Counted from the stretch's first letter, positions 7,888 to 18,161 are shown. The stretch is 64,000 bases of DNA from an uncultured Candidatus Saccharibacteria bacterium (GCA_964589445.1 CAZPQX010000002.1:91882-155881), one strand, 5' to 3'. Notes: generated from the sequence alone by a model not told the origin. A program made the numbers and translations.

Positions 7888-8200
7888 AATAAGGAACGAA
7901 GTGACTATATTGTGCGAGGTAAGCAAAGTAAACTGCTTTACTTTGCGTGGGAGTGAGAAGCGAAAACTTGGAGCTTCGCAAGACCTTTGATAATTTTTAT
8001 GAGCTTTGCGAAATAAAAATAGAAAAGGTGTACAGCTTCTGTAGGAAGGCGAAAGCCGCAGGCATGTTTTTTGAGCACAAAAAACAGCCGAGGCGGGGTC
8101 GCGGAAATTTTGTTTTGACGAAAACAAAATTATCCGTGACCGATTCTCAGTCTTGCTGATTTTGTTACTGGTCCTGTAAGGACCGATTCTTTACCCGCAC
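7888..8200 (+). repeat. tRNA-adjacent element ending in degenerate copies of the tRNA-Gly 3' end
   Basis: GCCGAGGCGGGGTCGCGGAAATTTTG..CAAAATTATCCGTGACC-GATTCTC at 8087-8148; GACCGATTCTTTACCCGCAC at 8181-8200. Confidence 0.75.
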
Positions 8201-8298
8201 ATTTTCTATAGAGATAGCTTTGTTGACTTATATACCTAAAAGCTGTACAATATATAGTAGAAAAAGGTTTTGATAAACTCTTCTGAAAGGATGGCACC

Positions 8299-8628
8299 AT
8301 GGCAAAACGCTTTGCACGCTTTAGCGCAAAGGAGATGCAGGAGGCTCAAGAGAGTCTAGCGCAAATGAACTTAACCTGTGCCCGCCTCATCGAATCGATT
8401 TTGAATGTCGTGGATAAGGCCGAGGGAACACCTGCCTATAAGGAATCCCTGAAAGCAAACTTTCTCCTTTCTGCTGCAGGCGTCCTTCTTGGTGAGTCAC
8501 GCACTTCTCAAGGACTCGCCGATTCCTTACAGATGGTCGCAGATGATTTGCGAGAGTGCAAGAATCCGGCTGCAGGCGATGTTGAGGCGCTGGCGCACGC
8601 CATGAGAGCTTGGCTAAAACGCCGGTAG
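8299..8628 (+). CDS. hypothetical helical protein (ORFan cassette)
   Basis: TTGACT-N17-TACAAT promoter, AAAGGA SD, terminator CTCAGCCGAAAGGTTGAG-TTTTT. Confidence 0.7.
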   Translation: MAKRFARFSAKEMQEAQESLAQMNLTCARLIESILNVVDKAEGTPAYKESLKANFLLSAAGVLLGESRTSQGLADSLQMVADDLRECKNPAAGDVEALAHAMRAWLKRR

Positions 8629-8710
8629 CCAAAAATCGAACATAACCGAATGGATATGTAAGCTCAGCCGAAAGGTTGAGTTTTTCATTTATTAAAAATA
8701 TAAAAATAAA

Positions 8711-10096
8711 CTAAAGTAGTGAAGCAAGCGTCTTTCGTACCAAGCTATTTTCTTGTTTGTCTTCGATGACGAAACCAGCGGCTTCTATTTCTTTGCGAAG
8801 CTCGTCGCTTCTCTGCCAGTTTTTGTTGCTTCTAGCCTCGTCTCTTTCTTTTTGTGAATCCAAAATTTCTTCGGGGATCTCTGTGAAGAGAGACTCTGAA
8901 ATATTTTCTATATTTAAAGCTAAAACTCCATCTATTTTCCTAATTGCATTTTTGGATTTTGCTTCCTGAAGTAGGGCGATGGCTTTGGGGGTGTTGAGGT
9001 CGTCTGCTATCGCTTCTTCAAATTTTGATATTACCTCACTGTCGCTCTCGCTCGTCTCGGGCAAATCCCTGAAAGAGGCGACTATCTTTTCGAACGCCAC
9101 TTGTGAAGAAGATACCCCCTCCCATGTGAAGTTGGCTGGGGTTTTGTAGTGAGAGGTGAGAAGCCAGTATCGGAAAGATAGGGGGTGGATTTTTCTTTTT
9201 ATTATATCTTCGAGATAAACCACTACGCCTTCTGATTTTGAGATTTTGGCGTCGTCTATCTTGAGGTGATTTCTATGTAGCCAAAATCGTGAGAAAGGGG
9301 AAACACCGGTGTAGCTTTCGGACTGAGCGATTTCGTTGTTGTGATGCACTGGGATGTGCTCGATGCCACCTGTGTGAATGTCTATCTGCTCGCCCAAAAT
9401 ATCGATAATCATGGCAGAGCACTCGATGTGCCAGCCAGGGAAGCCAAGGCCCCAAGGGGACTGCCAGCCTACTTTGCCGTCTTTTTTCCAGAGGATAAAG
9501 TCGGTAGGATTTTTCTTGTTTGTACTTGTCACTCTTTTGCCTTCCTCTAAACCTTCTAGGTTTATGTTTCCAAGCTTGCCGTAATTTGGGAATTTGGCTG
9601 TGTCGAAATATACACCGTTCGAACCGACGTAAGCAAAGCCTTTTTCGAGAAGAGACTCAATCATTTTTATTTGTGAATCTACGTAGTCGGAGGCGTATGG
9701 GAAGATGGTGTCCTCAGTCTTTATGTTTAAGAGGGAGAGACTTGATAGGAAAACCGAGGCGTACTTTTCGGCAAGTTTCCTCATGTTGGCGAGGGTGAGC
9801 TCTAGGCCTTCTCTCTTTAGGCCTTTGGTCATACGGTCTTCGCCTTCGTCAGCTTTGCCCTCGTTGTCGCCTGAGAGGTGGCCGAAGTCTGTGAAGTTGA
9901 TGACTTGCTTTACCAAGAGCCCATCGTGTTCGAGAGTGCGCCTCAATATATCAGTAAAGACATACATGGAAAGATTGCCGATGTGTTGGGGGCCGTAGAG
10001 AGTGGGGCCACAGTGATACATTTTTACTACACCTTTTTCTTGAGGCTCAAAAGTTTCTTTTTTATTGGTCAGTGTATTTGTGAGTTTGATTTGCAT
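8711..10096 (-). CDS. cysS: cysteine--tRNA ligase
   Basis: CGPT..HIGN, PGWHIECSAM, DIHTGG..H..HH.NE, KISKS. Confidence 0.97.
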   Translation of the reverse strand: MQIKLTNTLTNKKETFEPQEKGVVKMYHCGPTLYGPQHIGNLSMYVFTDILRRTLEHDGLLVKQVINFTDFGHLSGDNEGKADEGEDRMTKGLKREGLELTLANMRKLAEKYASVFLSSLSLLNIKTEDTIFPYASDYVDSQIKMIESLLEKGFAYVGSNGVYFDTAKFPNYGKLGNINLEGLEEGKRVTSTNKKNPTDFILWKKDGKVGWQSPWGLGFPGWHIECSAMIIDILGEQIDIHTGGIEHIPVHHNNEIAQSESYTGVSPFSRFWLHRNHLKIDDAKISKSEGVVVYLEDIIKRKIHPLSFRYWLLTSHYKTPANFTWEGVSSSQVAFEKIVASFRDLPETSESDSEVISKFEEAIADDLNTPKAIALLQEAKSKNAIRKIDGVLALNIENISESLFTEIPEEILDSQKERDEARSNKNWQRSDELRKEIEAAGFVIEDKQENSLVRKTLASLL

Positions 10097-10105
10097 ATTT
10101 AATTA

Positions 10106-11008
10106 CTACATCCATTTCTTATACTTGAAGTAAGTAAACATGGCAAGGCTCATTAAAATCATGATGCTTATAATTACCCAAAAGTCGTAATTGAGGCCTA
10201 TTAGCGGCATATGTTGAGCATTCATGCCAAATATTGCAGCTACAAGCGATAGTGGGAATGTAACAAATGCAAGTATGGTGAATATCTTCATGGTCTCGTT
10301 TTGTTTGGTGGTCAACATGGAGTTGTTGGTCTCGCGAAGCTCGTCTATTGTGTCAGAAATATTTTTGACCAGTATCATGATCCTCTCCCATTCGCCCATG
10401 AGTTTTTTGGAATCTTTAACAAATTTGTCTCCAAATATGTGACCATGAGAATCTATGAGGGACGACCATATTATTTTTTGAGATCCTATAGTCCTATTGA
10501 TGCTGAGGATCTTCCTGCTTGTATTTGAAATACTCCATACCATCTCTTTTTCGAGACCCTTGAAAATATTTTTTTCAACTTCTTTTATTTCTTCTTGGAT
10601 GTATTCGACTTGATCCATAGCAAATTTGTAAACTTCTTGCATTACAAGAAAGAAAAGGTGGGAATCTTGATTTCGACCTAGTACTTCAGCTACTTCTATT
10701 TGTTTGGAAAAGTGATGTAGGGCATCGATGCTCTCGTACCTGACTGTGACTAGGTTGTTTTTTGTGATCAGGAAATCTATTTCTTGTTCGGAATATTCTC
10801 TTTGTGAGTTTTTGAAAAAGGGAACATGTATCACTGCATAAATCGAGTCACCAAATTCTTCTACTGTTTGTTTGGGTGTGGGTGTTAAAAAGTCTTTGGC
10901 TAGAATCGGGTTTATGCCTTGTGAGATGACTACGGAGTCAATTTCTTCTTTGTTTGGAGAGTTTAAGTCTATCCAGGTCTGCTCATTAAGTTTTCTTGTG
11001 ACTATCAT
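10106..11008 (-). CDS. corA: CorA-family Mg2+/Co2+ transporter
   Basis: NETMKIFT..PLS..IFGMN motif with two C-terminal TM helices. Confidence 0.9.
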   Translation of the reverse strand: MIVTRKLNEQTWIDLNSPNKEEIDSVVISQGINPILAKDFLTPTPKQTVEEFGDSIYAVIHVPFFKNSQREYSEQEIDFLITKNNLVTVRYESIDALHHFSKQIEVAEVLGRNQDSHLFFLVMQEVYKFAMDQVEYIQEEIKEVEKNIFKGLEKEMVWSISNTSRKILSINRTIGSQKIIWSSLIDSHGHIFGDKFVKDSKKLMGEWERIMILVKNISDTIDELRETNNSMLTTKQNETMKIFTILAFVTFPLSLVAAIFGMNAQHMPLIGLNYDFWVIISIMILMSLAMFTYFKYKKWM

Positions 11009-11050
11009 TTTTGATACTAGTTAATTTATGATATATTATAACAGAAAATT

Positions 11051-12265
11051 ATGAATGAAAAATATAAAAATTTAGGGATATCTATTTTCCTTGCAATAGT
11101 GCTCTTGTTTGCAGGGATAAGGATAGGGGAGAATAGAGCGATTAATTCACAAAAGCCTACTGTTTTGTCAGGGCAAAATGCTGCAGCTGTGGATATGGCA
11201 CCGTTTTGGGATGCTTGGAAACTTTTGGATGAGAAGTTTTCTCCTGCTTCTTCGAGTACGCCCGATGTCGAGGCAAAGGACAAAGTTTGGGGGGCGATAC
11301 AGGGTCTCGCTGCTTCTTATGGTGACCCTTATACTGTCTTTTTCCCTCCTGAAGAAGCAAAGATGTTTGAAGAAGAGATTAGCGGAGCATTTGGAGGTGT
11401 GGGTATGGAAATAGGCATACAGGATGGTGTGCTCACTGTGATCGCCCCACTCAAAAACACTCCTGCTTACAGGGCTGGTGTGCAGGCTGGAGATAAGATA
11501 ATTTCTATAAACGGCGCTCCTGCTCTAGATATGAATACCGATGAGGCTATAAAAATAATAAGAGGAGAGATAGGGACTACTGTATCTATAAGTTTCGCAA
11601 GGAAGGGGGAAAGTGCTCCTATAGTAAAAGAGATAACAAGAGCTGCTATAGAAATACCAACTGTAAATACAAAAACTTTGCCAGGAGGTGTCTTCGTGAT
11701 AGAGCTTTACAACTTCTCGGCCAACTCACCGGCTCTCTTCCGTGATTCTCTTAGGGAATTTGTAAATTCTGGAAACGATAAGCTCATAATAGACCTCCGC
11801 AACAACCCGGGTGGCTACCTCGAGGCAGCCCTCGATATGGCGAGCTGGTTCCTTCCTGTGGGTAAGGTGGTAGTAAGTGAAGATTTTGGAAACGGTGTAA
11901 ACCCGAGAGAATATAGAAGCAAGGGTTACGATATATTTACAGACAGACTCAAGATGGCGATACTCGTAAATGGAGGCTCAGCTTCTGCTTCGGAGATACT
12001 TGCGGGGGCACTCAGTGAATATGGCAAAGCAACTCTCATCGGTAGCAAAACATTTGGTAAGGGTTCGGTCCAGGAACTTTTGCCTCTCACAAGCGATACT
12101 TCGCTCAAGATCACCGTTGCACACTGGCTGACTCCAAATGGAAACAGTATTTCAAACGGTGGGCTCGCTCCTGATATTGAAGTAGAAGTAAATGCAGAAA
12201 ATACAAAAGATGGAAATGATCCACAGCTAAATGCAGCGGTGAAATTCTTAACAACAGTGAAATAA
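11051..12265 (+). CDS. ctpA: S41 carboxyl-terminal protease with PDZ domain
   Basis: DPYT, DLRNNPGG, SASASEI, TFGKGSVQ. Confidence 0.93.
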   Translation: MNEKYKNLGISIFLAIVLLFAGIRIGENRAINSQKPTVLSGQNAAAVDMAPFWDAWKLLDEKFSPASSSTPDVEAKDKVWGAIQGLAASYGDPYTVFFPPEEAKMFEEEISGAFGGVGMEIGIQDGVLTVIAPLKNTPAYRAGVQAGDKIISINGAPALDMNTDEAIKIIRGEIGTTVSISFARKGESAPIVKEITRAAIEIPTVNTKTLPGGVFVIELYNFSANSPALFRDSLREFVNSGNDKLIIDLRNNPGGYLEAALDMASWFLPVGKVVVSEDFGNGVNPREYRSKGYDIFTDRLKMAILVNGGSASASEILAGALSEYGKATLIGSKTFGKGSVQELLPLTSDTSLKITVAHWLTPNGNSISNGGLAPDIEVEVNAENTKDGNDPQLNAAVKFLTTVK

Positions 12266-12266
12266 T

Positions 12267-12710
12267 ATGAAAGTAATACTAAAACAGGATGTGAGAGGGG
12301 TGGGTAGAAAGGGTGATATAAAGGACGTAAACGAAGGATATGCAAACAACTTCCTTTTGCCAAAAAAACTAGCTGAATTTGCTTCAAAAGAAAATGTGGC
12401 TAAGTTTGAGAAAGAGAAAAAACACAAGCAGGAGGAAGAAGAAAAGCAAAAGAAAGAAATATCTGAGAAATTTAAAATACTAGAAAGTCAGACAGTTTTT
12501 CTCAAAAAGAAGTCCAACGAAAAAGGTCATTTGTTTGAAAAGATAAAGCCAGAAGAGGTGACTGCCTTTATAAATAAAAACTTCGGGATAAGTATAAATC
12601 CCGAGTTCTTAAAAATGGAAAATCCAATAAAGGAGATTGGAGAATCAGAAATCTCTCTAGAAATGATGGAAGTGAAGGGAAAGATAAAGATAAGAGTAGA
12701 AGCTCTCTAG
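12267..12710 (+). CDS. rplI: 50S ribosomal protein L9
   Basis: MKVILKQDV..VG..G....V..GYANNFLLP. Confidence 0.95.
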   Translation: MKVILKQDVRGVGRKGDIKDVNEGYANNFLLPKKLAEFASKENVAKFEKEKKHKQEEEEKQKKEISEKFKILESQTVFLKKKSNEKGHLFEKIKPEEVTAFINKNFGISINPEFLKMENPIKEIGESEISLEMMEVKGKIKIRVEAL

Positions 12711-12718
12711 ACTGTAGT

Positions 12719-12991
12719 TTAGACTACAGAAACTACCTTTTTGACGATAGTGGTACCATCGAAATGAACCTTTCTTTTTGAGCTCATTTTAACTTTGCCT
12801 TCTCTAAGTGCGAAGATTGTGTGGTCTTTGCCTATATCAGTACCGTTGCCAGGCAACATTTTGGTGCCTCTTTGACGTACGATAATAGAACCTGTCTTTA
12901 CAGTCCCGCCGTCTTGAACCTTGACCCCGAGGTATTTAGCCTGCGAGTCTCTTCCGTTTTTTGTTGTACCGGCCGCCTTTTTATGTGCCAT
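12719..12991 (-). CDS. rpmA: 50S ribosomal protein L27
   Basis: [22 protein letters not shown]...IIVRQRGT. Confidence 0.97.
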   Translation of the reverse strand: MAHKKAAGTTKNGRDSQAKYLGVKVQDGGTVKTGSIIVRQRGTKMLPGNGTDIGKDHTIFALREGKVKMSSKRKVHFDGTTIVKKVVSVV

Positions 12992-13013
12992 AGTGGTATA
13001 ATACTAAATCAAT

Positions 13014-13502
13014 ATGGAAGAAAATGCAAGCGAGGGAGAATATGTGGGGGAAGTCTATTTTGACGAAGAAGGGGAGTCTCGATTTGTCAAAAAGCTCAAA
13101 GTATTCCTTGAAAGCAGGTACTTTTTTGCGATTGTTGTAATAATGGTCGGGATTATAGCCTTCTTTTTAGGTGTATTTTGGAGTGCGGAGAGCCAGAAAG
13201 AGCCTTTGAGAGTTTATGAAAGAGAGGTGGCTAGTAGGGCAGCGGGAGCGAATAAAGAGGTGGCTTCTCCTCAAAATACAAATGGGCAAATAGGTGAGAC
13301 TAAGGATAGTGCGAGTGCCGTGCTCGCCCCGGTGGCTGGTAGTGAATCGGTGGTTGCTTCAAAGAACGGTACAAAGTATCATTACCCTTGGTGTGCTGGT
13401 GCAAAGCAGATTTCGGAAAAGAACAAAATAACTTTTGCTTCGATAGAGGAGGCGAGGGCCAAAGGCTACACTCCAGCGTCAAACTGTAAAGGTCTTAAAT
13501 AG
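13014..13502 (+). CDS. membrane-anchored protein with C-terminal Ada-like metal-binding domain
   Basis: TM helix; ASKNGTKYH.PWC...F.S.EEA..GY.P...C. Confidence 0.75.
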   Translation: MEENASEGEYVGEVYFDEEGESRFVKKLKVFLESRYFFAIVVIMVGIIAFFLGVFWSAESQKEPLRVYEREVASRAAGANKEVASPQNTNGQIGETKDSASAVLAPVAGSESVVASKNGTKYHYPWCAGAKQISEKNKITFASIEEARAKGYTPASNCKGLK

Positions 13503-13503
13503 A

Positions 13504-14781
13504 ATGGAAACACAAAAGAAAAAAATAAATCAGTTTTTTATATCACTTAGTCTTGGATTTTTTCTTGCCTTTAGGCAGGTGAGAAGATCAAGCAAGGCGA
13601 CTACTGCACTCATCATCTTCGTAATGACGCTCACTTTCCTAAACCTGGTGGTGGTGAGAGGTGTGCTCGTCGGGTTGATTGAAGGCTCTGTGCTCGTGTA
13701 TAGAGAGTATTCGACTGGTGAAGTTTTTATTTCTAAACTACCTAAAAAAAGCTATATAGAAAGCAGCCCAGATGTTTTGAAAAAGATAGAAGGTTTGCCG
13801 TGGGTGAGAACTTACTCTGCAAGATATTTGGAGTCAGGCACAATAGAAGCTGGGTACAAATCTAGGATAAACCTGACTGATGCCGCAAATAGTGCAGGGG
13901 GAGTCATCGCTGGTATCAACCCAATAAAAGAAGAATCCACCACAAATCTTTCGACTAAAATAGTAGAAGGATCTTTCCTTGGTCCAAATGATACTGAGTA
14001 TGTGGTGCTCGGATCGAGCCTCCTTAAGAAGTATGTGCCGGTAGAGTCGGCCAGCTTTTCTTTCCTTGAAAATGTAGAGATTGGCGACAAGGTCAGGATA
14101 AGTGTGGGTGGAAACACAAAAGAATTTATAGTAAAAGGAGTGGTCCAAAGCAAGGCTGACGAAGTGGACTTCAGAGCTTATGTGCTGGACTCTGTGCTCC
14201 GAAATATGATCGGTCGCACCGACTACAATGTCGACGAGATAGCTATAAAACTTGTGCCCGGGACTGACCCAAATTTGGTAAGGGACTCACTAATCCGGGC
14301 TGGGGTGGGGGAAACAGCTCGCGTACAAACTGCCGATGATGCACTTCCTAAATTCATCATAGATATCAAAAATACTTTTGCCATACTTGGGAACGTGGTC
14401 GGGTCTATCGGGCTCGTCGTGGCATCGATAACAATATTTATAGTTATATTCGTGAATGCAATCACGAGAAGAAAATTTATCGGTATCCTTAAGGGTATCG
14501 GCATAAGTGCTCAGGCGATTGAGATCGCTTATATATTTCAGTCGCTCTTTTATGCTGTGCTTGGTATCGGCATAGGGCTTATCATCTTGTATGGTGTTTT
14601 GGTGCCGTTTATATCGGCCAACCCAATCAAGTTCCCATTTAGTGATGGTATCCTTGTAGCGGAAGTCGGTGCTACATTCTTTAGGGTGTTCATGCTTATG
14701 TTTGCTACTCTCGTGGCTGGGTTCGTGCCGGCGAGGATAGTGGTCAAGAAGAATACGCTTGATTCGATATTGGGAAGGTAA
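13504..14781 (+). CDS. ABC transporter permease (FtsX/MacB/LolE type)
   Basis: N-terminal TM, large extracellular loop, RRKFIGILKGIG, three C-terminal TMs. Confidence 0.88.
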   Translation: METQKKKINQFFISLSLGFFLAFRQVRRSSKATTALIIFVMTLTFLNLVVVRGVLVGLIEGSVLVYREYSTGEVFISKLPKKSYIESSPDVLKKIEGLPWVRTYSARYLESGTIEAGYKSRINLTDAANSAGGVIAGINPIKEESTTNLSTKIVEGSFLGPNDTEYVVLGSSLLKKYVPVESASFSFLENVEIGDKVRISVGGNTKEFIVKGVVQSKADEVDFRAYVLDSVLRNMIGRTDYNVDEIAIKLVPGTDPNLVRDSLIRAGVGETARVQTADDALPKFIIDIKNTFAILGNVVGSIGLVVASITIFIVIFVNAITRRKFIGILKGIGISAQAIEIAYIFQSLFYAVLGIGIGLIILYGVLVPFISANPIKFPFSDGILVAEVGATFFRVFMLMFATLVAGFVPARIVVKKNTLDSILGR

Positions 14782-14842
14782 TGATACGAAAAACCGTCGC
14801 ACTCCAAAGGACGTATCGTGCGACATGATTCCGCTAAATCAT

Positions 14843-15538
14843 ATGAATATAATTGAAGTAAAAAATTTAAGTAAATCTTTTAAGACAGGAGAGAAGGAGC
14901 TCAGAGTTTTGGACAGCATGTCTTTCTTTGTGGAGGAAGGTAGCTTCTTTTCGATAACAGGTAGGTCTGGCTCAGGTAAGTCGACTCTCCTTTATCAGCT
15001 CGGACTCCTCGATCATCCAAACTCTGGAGACATAATAATAAATGGTGTAAACGTGAGCTTGCTCGATCATGACGGCAGGACTGATTTTAGGCTCAGAGAG
15101 CTCGGATATGTTTTCCAGGATTATGCGCTTGTGCCAGAGCTTACAGCTGTCGAAAATACTGTGGTGCCTTTGCTTATGCAGGGAGTAGATAAAAGAGAGG
15201 CTTATGCAAAAGCAGAGAGAGCACTTTCGAAGGTGGGGCTCGGTGAGAGGCTAAACAACTTACCCAACCAAATGTCTGGAGGTGAGCAGCAGAGAGTTTC
15301 GATAGCTAGAGCCATAGCTCACGAGCCAAAAATAATTTTTGCTGACGAGCCTACTGCAAACCTGGACTCAGAAACTGCTGACACGGTCATGAAAGTTTTC
15401 CTAGAGCTCAATAGTAAGGGGCAGACTATCATCATGGTCACCCATGAGCCTGAGTACGCTTTGCTCACCAAAAGGGCTATAAGGATAGGAGATGGCAAGA
15501 TCCTTGAGGATGGTACGCCGGCCCAGATTATTCATTAA
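14843..15538 (+). CDS. ABC transporter ATP-binding protein (LolD/MacB type)
   Basis: GRSGSGKST, MSGGEQQRV, ADEPT, VTHE; start placed at MNIIEV. Confidence 0.93.
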   Translation: MNIIEVKNLSKSFKTGEKELRVLDSMSFFVEEGSFFSITGRSGSGKSTLLYQLGLLDHPNSGDIIINGVNVSLLDHDGRTDFRLRELGYVFQDYALVPELTAVENTVVPLLMQGVDKREAYAKAERALSKVGLGERLNNLPNQMSGGEQQRVSIARAIAHEPKIIFADEPTANLDSETADTVMKVFLELNSKGQTIIMVTHEPEYALLTKRAIRIGDGKILEDGTPAQIIH

Positions 15539-15567
15539 AGAGAGAAGTTGTGTTAAAATAAAATCTT

Positions 15568-17100
15568 ATGAAATTTTTACAAATATTGAAATCTAAAAAA
15601 GTAATCGCACTAATTGTTGTCTTGATAATCATAGGCGCAGTATTCTTTTTTGGTGGCGAAAGTAGCAAACAGCTTGTGGTGGTGGAGAGGGGAGAAATAG
15701 TACAAGAAGTCGCGGCTACTGGTAAGGTGAAGCCAAACCAGAGCGTTGACCTCGGGTTTGATAAATCAGGACGAGTGGGCGCTGTGTATGCATTTGTCGG
15801 AGACTTTGTAGCCAAAGGTAACTTGATAGCCTCTCTAGAATCAGGAGAAGCTTCTTCTGATATAGCTAGGGCTAGAGCTGTGCTCGACGAGGAAATATTG
15901 AGACTTAGGGAAATAGAAAATAGCTCACCAAGGTCATATCAGGATTCAGTCAGATCTCTCGGGGTAGCTATAAGGGACGCCTTTCTCACTTCAGACAATG
16001 CAGTCAGGAACAAAGTGGACCAGTTTTTTAAAAATGGATCTACTAATCCTAGGTTTGAAGTGACTTTTACAGATGGTAACTTCATTCACTATTTCCCAGT
16101 GCCTTCGGAGCAGGTAATAGTCTTGAATAATGAGAGGAGAAATGTGGAGGCTGTGCTCGATAACTGGACTAGTTTAAATGTCGCACTGTCTCCTGAAAGT
16201 GCTTATGAGACTACAGACAAAGCTATAGGCGACATGAATAAAATTTTGAGCTTCCTTGATAAGGTGGCAGCGGCGATGAACTCATTTACTCCTGCAAACT
16301 TTGAATACGAAACTACTGTAAATGGCTACAAGACTGCAGTTTCAAATGCAAGGTCAGAGACAGCTGCTTCTCTAGCTAAACTCATCTCAGCAAGGGATGC
16401 CCTCAACTCAGCTCCTCAGCTAGATAGTCAGACTGGGCAATATAAAGATGTACTCATACAAAGAGCTAAGGTGGATCAGGCAAGGAGCTCACTCGCTGCA
16501 CTTGAGTCAGCTTTGGGCAAGTCAGCTATAATAGCCCCTTTTGATGGGGTGATCACTTTGCAAGATGCTAAGGTGGGTGCCGCTGTTTCCCCTGGAGAGA
16601 CTCTGGTGTCTATGACGAGCGATCAGGATATGTATATCGAGGCAAATATATCGGAAATAAATATTGGTAAATTGAGTGAGGGCAACCCAGTTTCTATAAA
16701 GTTCGATGCCTTCCCTGGAGAAGAATTTAATGGTTTTGTTTCTTTTATTGAGCCAGGCGATGTGCTTTTAGAAGGTGTGGTCAACTACAAGATAAGGGTT
16801 GATTTTGGTACGGTAGAAAAGCTTGAAGAAGGAGCAACTTGGAGTTATTGGAATAATGACGACACTGATGAGCGTATAAAGAACGGCCTGACTGCAGACC
16901 TCAAGATAGAGACTTCTAAAATCAGTGATGCCGTGACTCTGCCGCTCTATGCTGTGACTAAGGAAGAGGGTAAAAGCTTTGTAAACAAAATAGTAGACGG
17001 TAAGCCAGAAAAAGTGGAAATACAGCTTGGAAGAGAGGGAAGTGACGGGCTTGTGGAGGTGGTAAGCGGTCTCGTAGAGGGTGATTCGGTGGAATTCTAG
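15568..17100 (+). CDS. efflux periplasmic adaptor (HlyD/MacA-like)
   Basis: N-terminal anchor, lipoyl halves (GRV..V....GD.V.KG; APFDGVI), coiled coil, SGL.EGD.V. Confidence 0.85.
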   Translation: MKFLQILKSKKVIALIVVLIIIGAVFFFGGESSKQLVVVERGEIVQEVAATGKVKPNQSVDLGFDKSGRVGAVYAFVGDFVAKGNLIASLESGEASSDIARARAVLDEEILRLREIENSSPRSYQDSVRSLGVAIRDAFLTSDNAVRNKVDQFFKNGSTNPRFEVTFTDGNFIHYFPVPSEQVIVLNNERRNVEAVLDNWTSLNVALSPESAYETTDKAIGDMNKILSFLDKVAAAMNSFTPANFEYETTVNGYKTAVSNARSETAASLAKLISARDALNSAPQLDSQTGQYKDVLIQRAKVDQARSSLAALESALGKSAIIAPFDGVITLQDAKVGAAVSPGETLVSMTSDQDMYIEANISEINIGKLSEGNPVSIKFDAFPGEEFNGFVSFIEPGDVLLEGVVNYKIRVDFGTVEKLEEGATWSYWNNDDTDERIKNGLTADLKIETSKISDAVTLPLYAVTKEEGKSFVNKIVDGKPEKVEIQLGREGSDGLVEVVSGLVEGDSVEF

Positions 17101-17135
17101 TTAAAATAGGCTAAAAATAGGACAACAATACCTAC

Positions 17136-17164
17136 TTGACGTCAAGGAGGTATTGTGCTATAAT
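17136..17164 (+). promoter_or_regulatory. sigma70 promoter preceding a ~270-nt structured leader
   Basis: TTGACG-N17-TATAAT with extended TGn. Confidence 0.7.
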
Positions 17165-17436
17165 GGATATATATCCAGTAGAAAGCTGGATTTTCGTTTA
17201 TGAATCTTGTGTGAAGCTGTATGGGCTAAAAAGCCCTACACTACCATGCAAGATAGGGGATTTGTTTGTTAAAGCAGGGCAACAACAATGGTTCGCCGCT
17301 CTGATTCTTTCATTCAGGTTCCCCCTGAATCTCGAGAAACCTCTGCATTCTTATATTAGAGCAGGGAAGTCAAAAAAAAGTTTCTAGGGGCTAAGGATTA
17401 AAATTAAACAATTGGCTTATTTTACAAAATACCATT

Positions 17437-17919
17437 TTGGGATTTGTAATGATCGCTTCTAACCTCGGAGGAGGAATGGAAGCAAGTCCCGTAACAGTTC
17501 CTCTAAATTTGAAAACAGAAAGCGCGGTCACACAGGTAGTGCCTTCACAGAAAAAAGAATCACAAGAAAAAATTGAGAATCTTATGACTGTAGAAGAATA
17601 TGTCAGGGGATACTTCTCTGATATACCAGTGATGATCGAGATCGCAAAGTGTGAGTCAAGGTTTAGGCAGTATGACAAGAATGGTGAGGTGCTACGTGGA
17701 GATGTGAATTCCCTAGACAGGGGAGTAATGCAGATCAACGAGTACTACCACCTTGAGACTGCTGAAAAATTGGGCTATGACTTGCTTACGATAGAAGGGA
17801 ACACGGCTTACGCAAGATACATATATGAGAAGTCTGGCGTCAAACCTTGGGTCTCCTCTTCTCCCTGCTGGGGGAAGAGTGCAGCCTATAGTGAATATAA
17901 AGACTTAGCTGTAAAATAA
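17437..17919 (+). CDS. lysozyme-like / lytic transglycosylase (SLT) domain protein
   Basis: IAKCESRF (catalytic Glu), GVMQIN, N..YARYIY..G..PW; start uncertain. Confidence 0.75.
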   Translation: MGFVMIASNLGGGMEASPVTVPLNLKTESAVTQVVPSQKKESQEKIENLMTVEEYVRGYFSDIPVMIEIAKCESRFRQYDKNGEVLRGDVNSLDRGVMQINEYYHLETAEKLGYDLLTIEGNTAYARYIYEKSGVKPWVSSSPCWGKSAAYSEYKDLAVK

Positions 17920-17925
17920 TTTTGA

Positions 17926-17972
17926 AAAACAAAATCCCTCTGCCTGAACTAAGGCGGGGGATTTTGTTTTTA
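17926..17972. terminator. bidirectional intrinsic terminator
   Basis: AAAACAAAATCCC..GGGATTTTGTTTT between convergent genes. Confidence 0.7.
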
Positions 17973-18084
17973 TTTTTTTATTTTTCTATTAATAGGTCTT
18001 GTGGGCGACAAACATTAGTAACGTCGCACAATATATCTTTTCGGTAATATAACTATATTTATATTATAATAATGAATAAGCCAG

Positions 18085-18161
18085 CCCTGGGTATATTCTT
18101 CGAAAAGCACGTCGACCCGGGAGTGGTTAATCAAGGCATTTCAGAGTCTTCCCGTTCAGGG
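18085..18161. repeat. dispersed GAAAAGCAC-core element, copy R1 (shortened core)
   Basis: GTATATTCTTC-GAAAAGCAC..CCCGGGAGTG..TCAAGGCATTTC within CCCTG/CAGGG arms. Confidence 0.75.
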
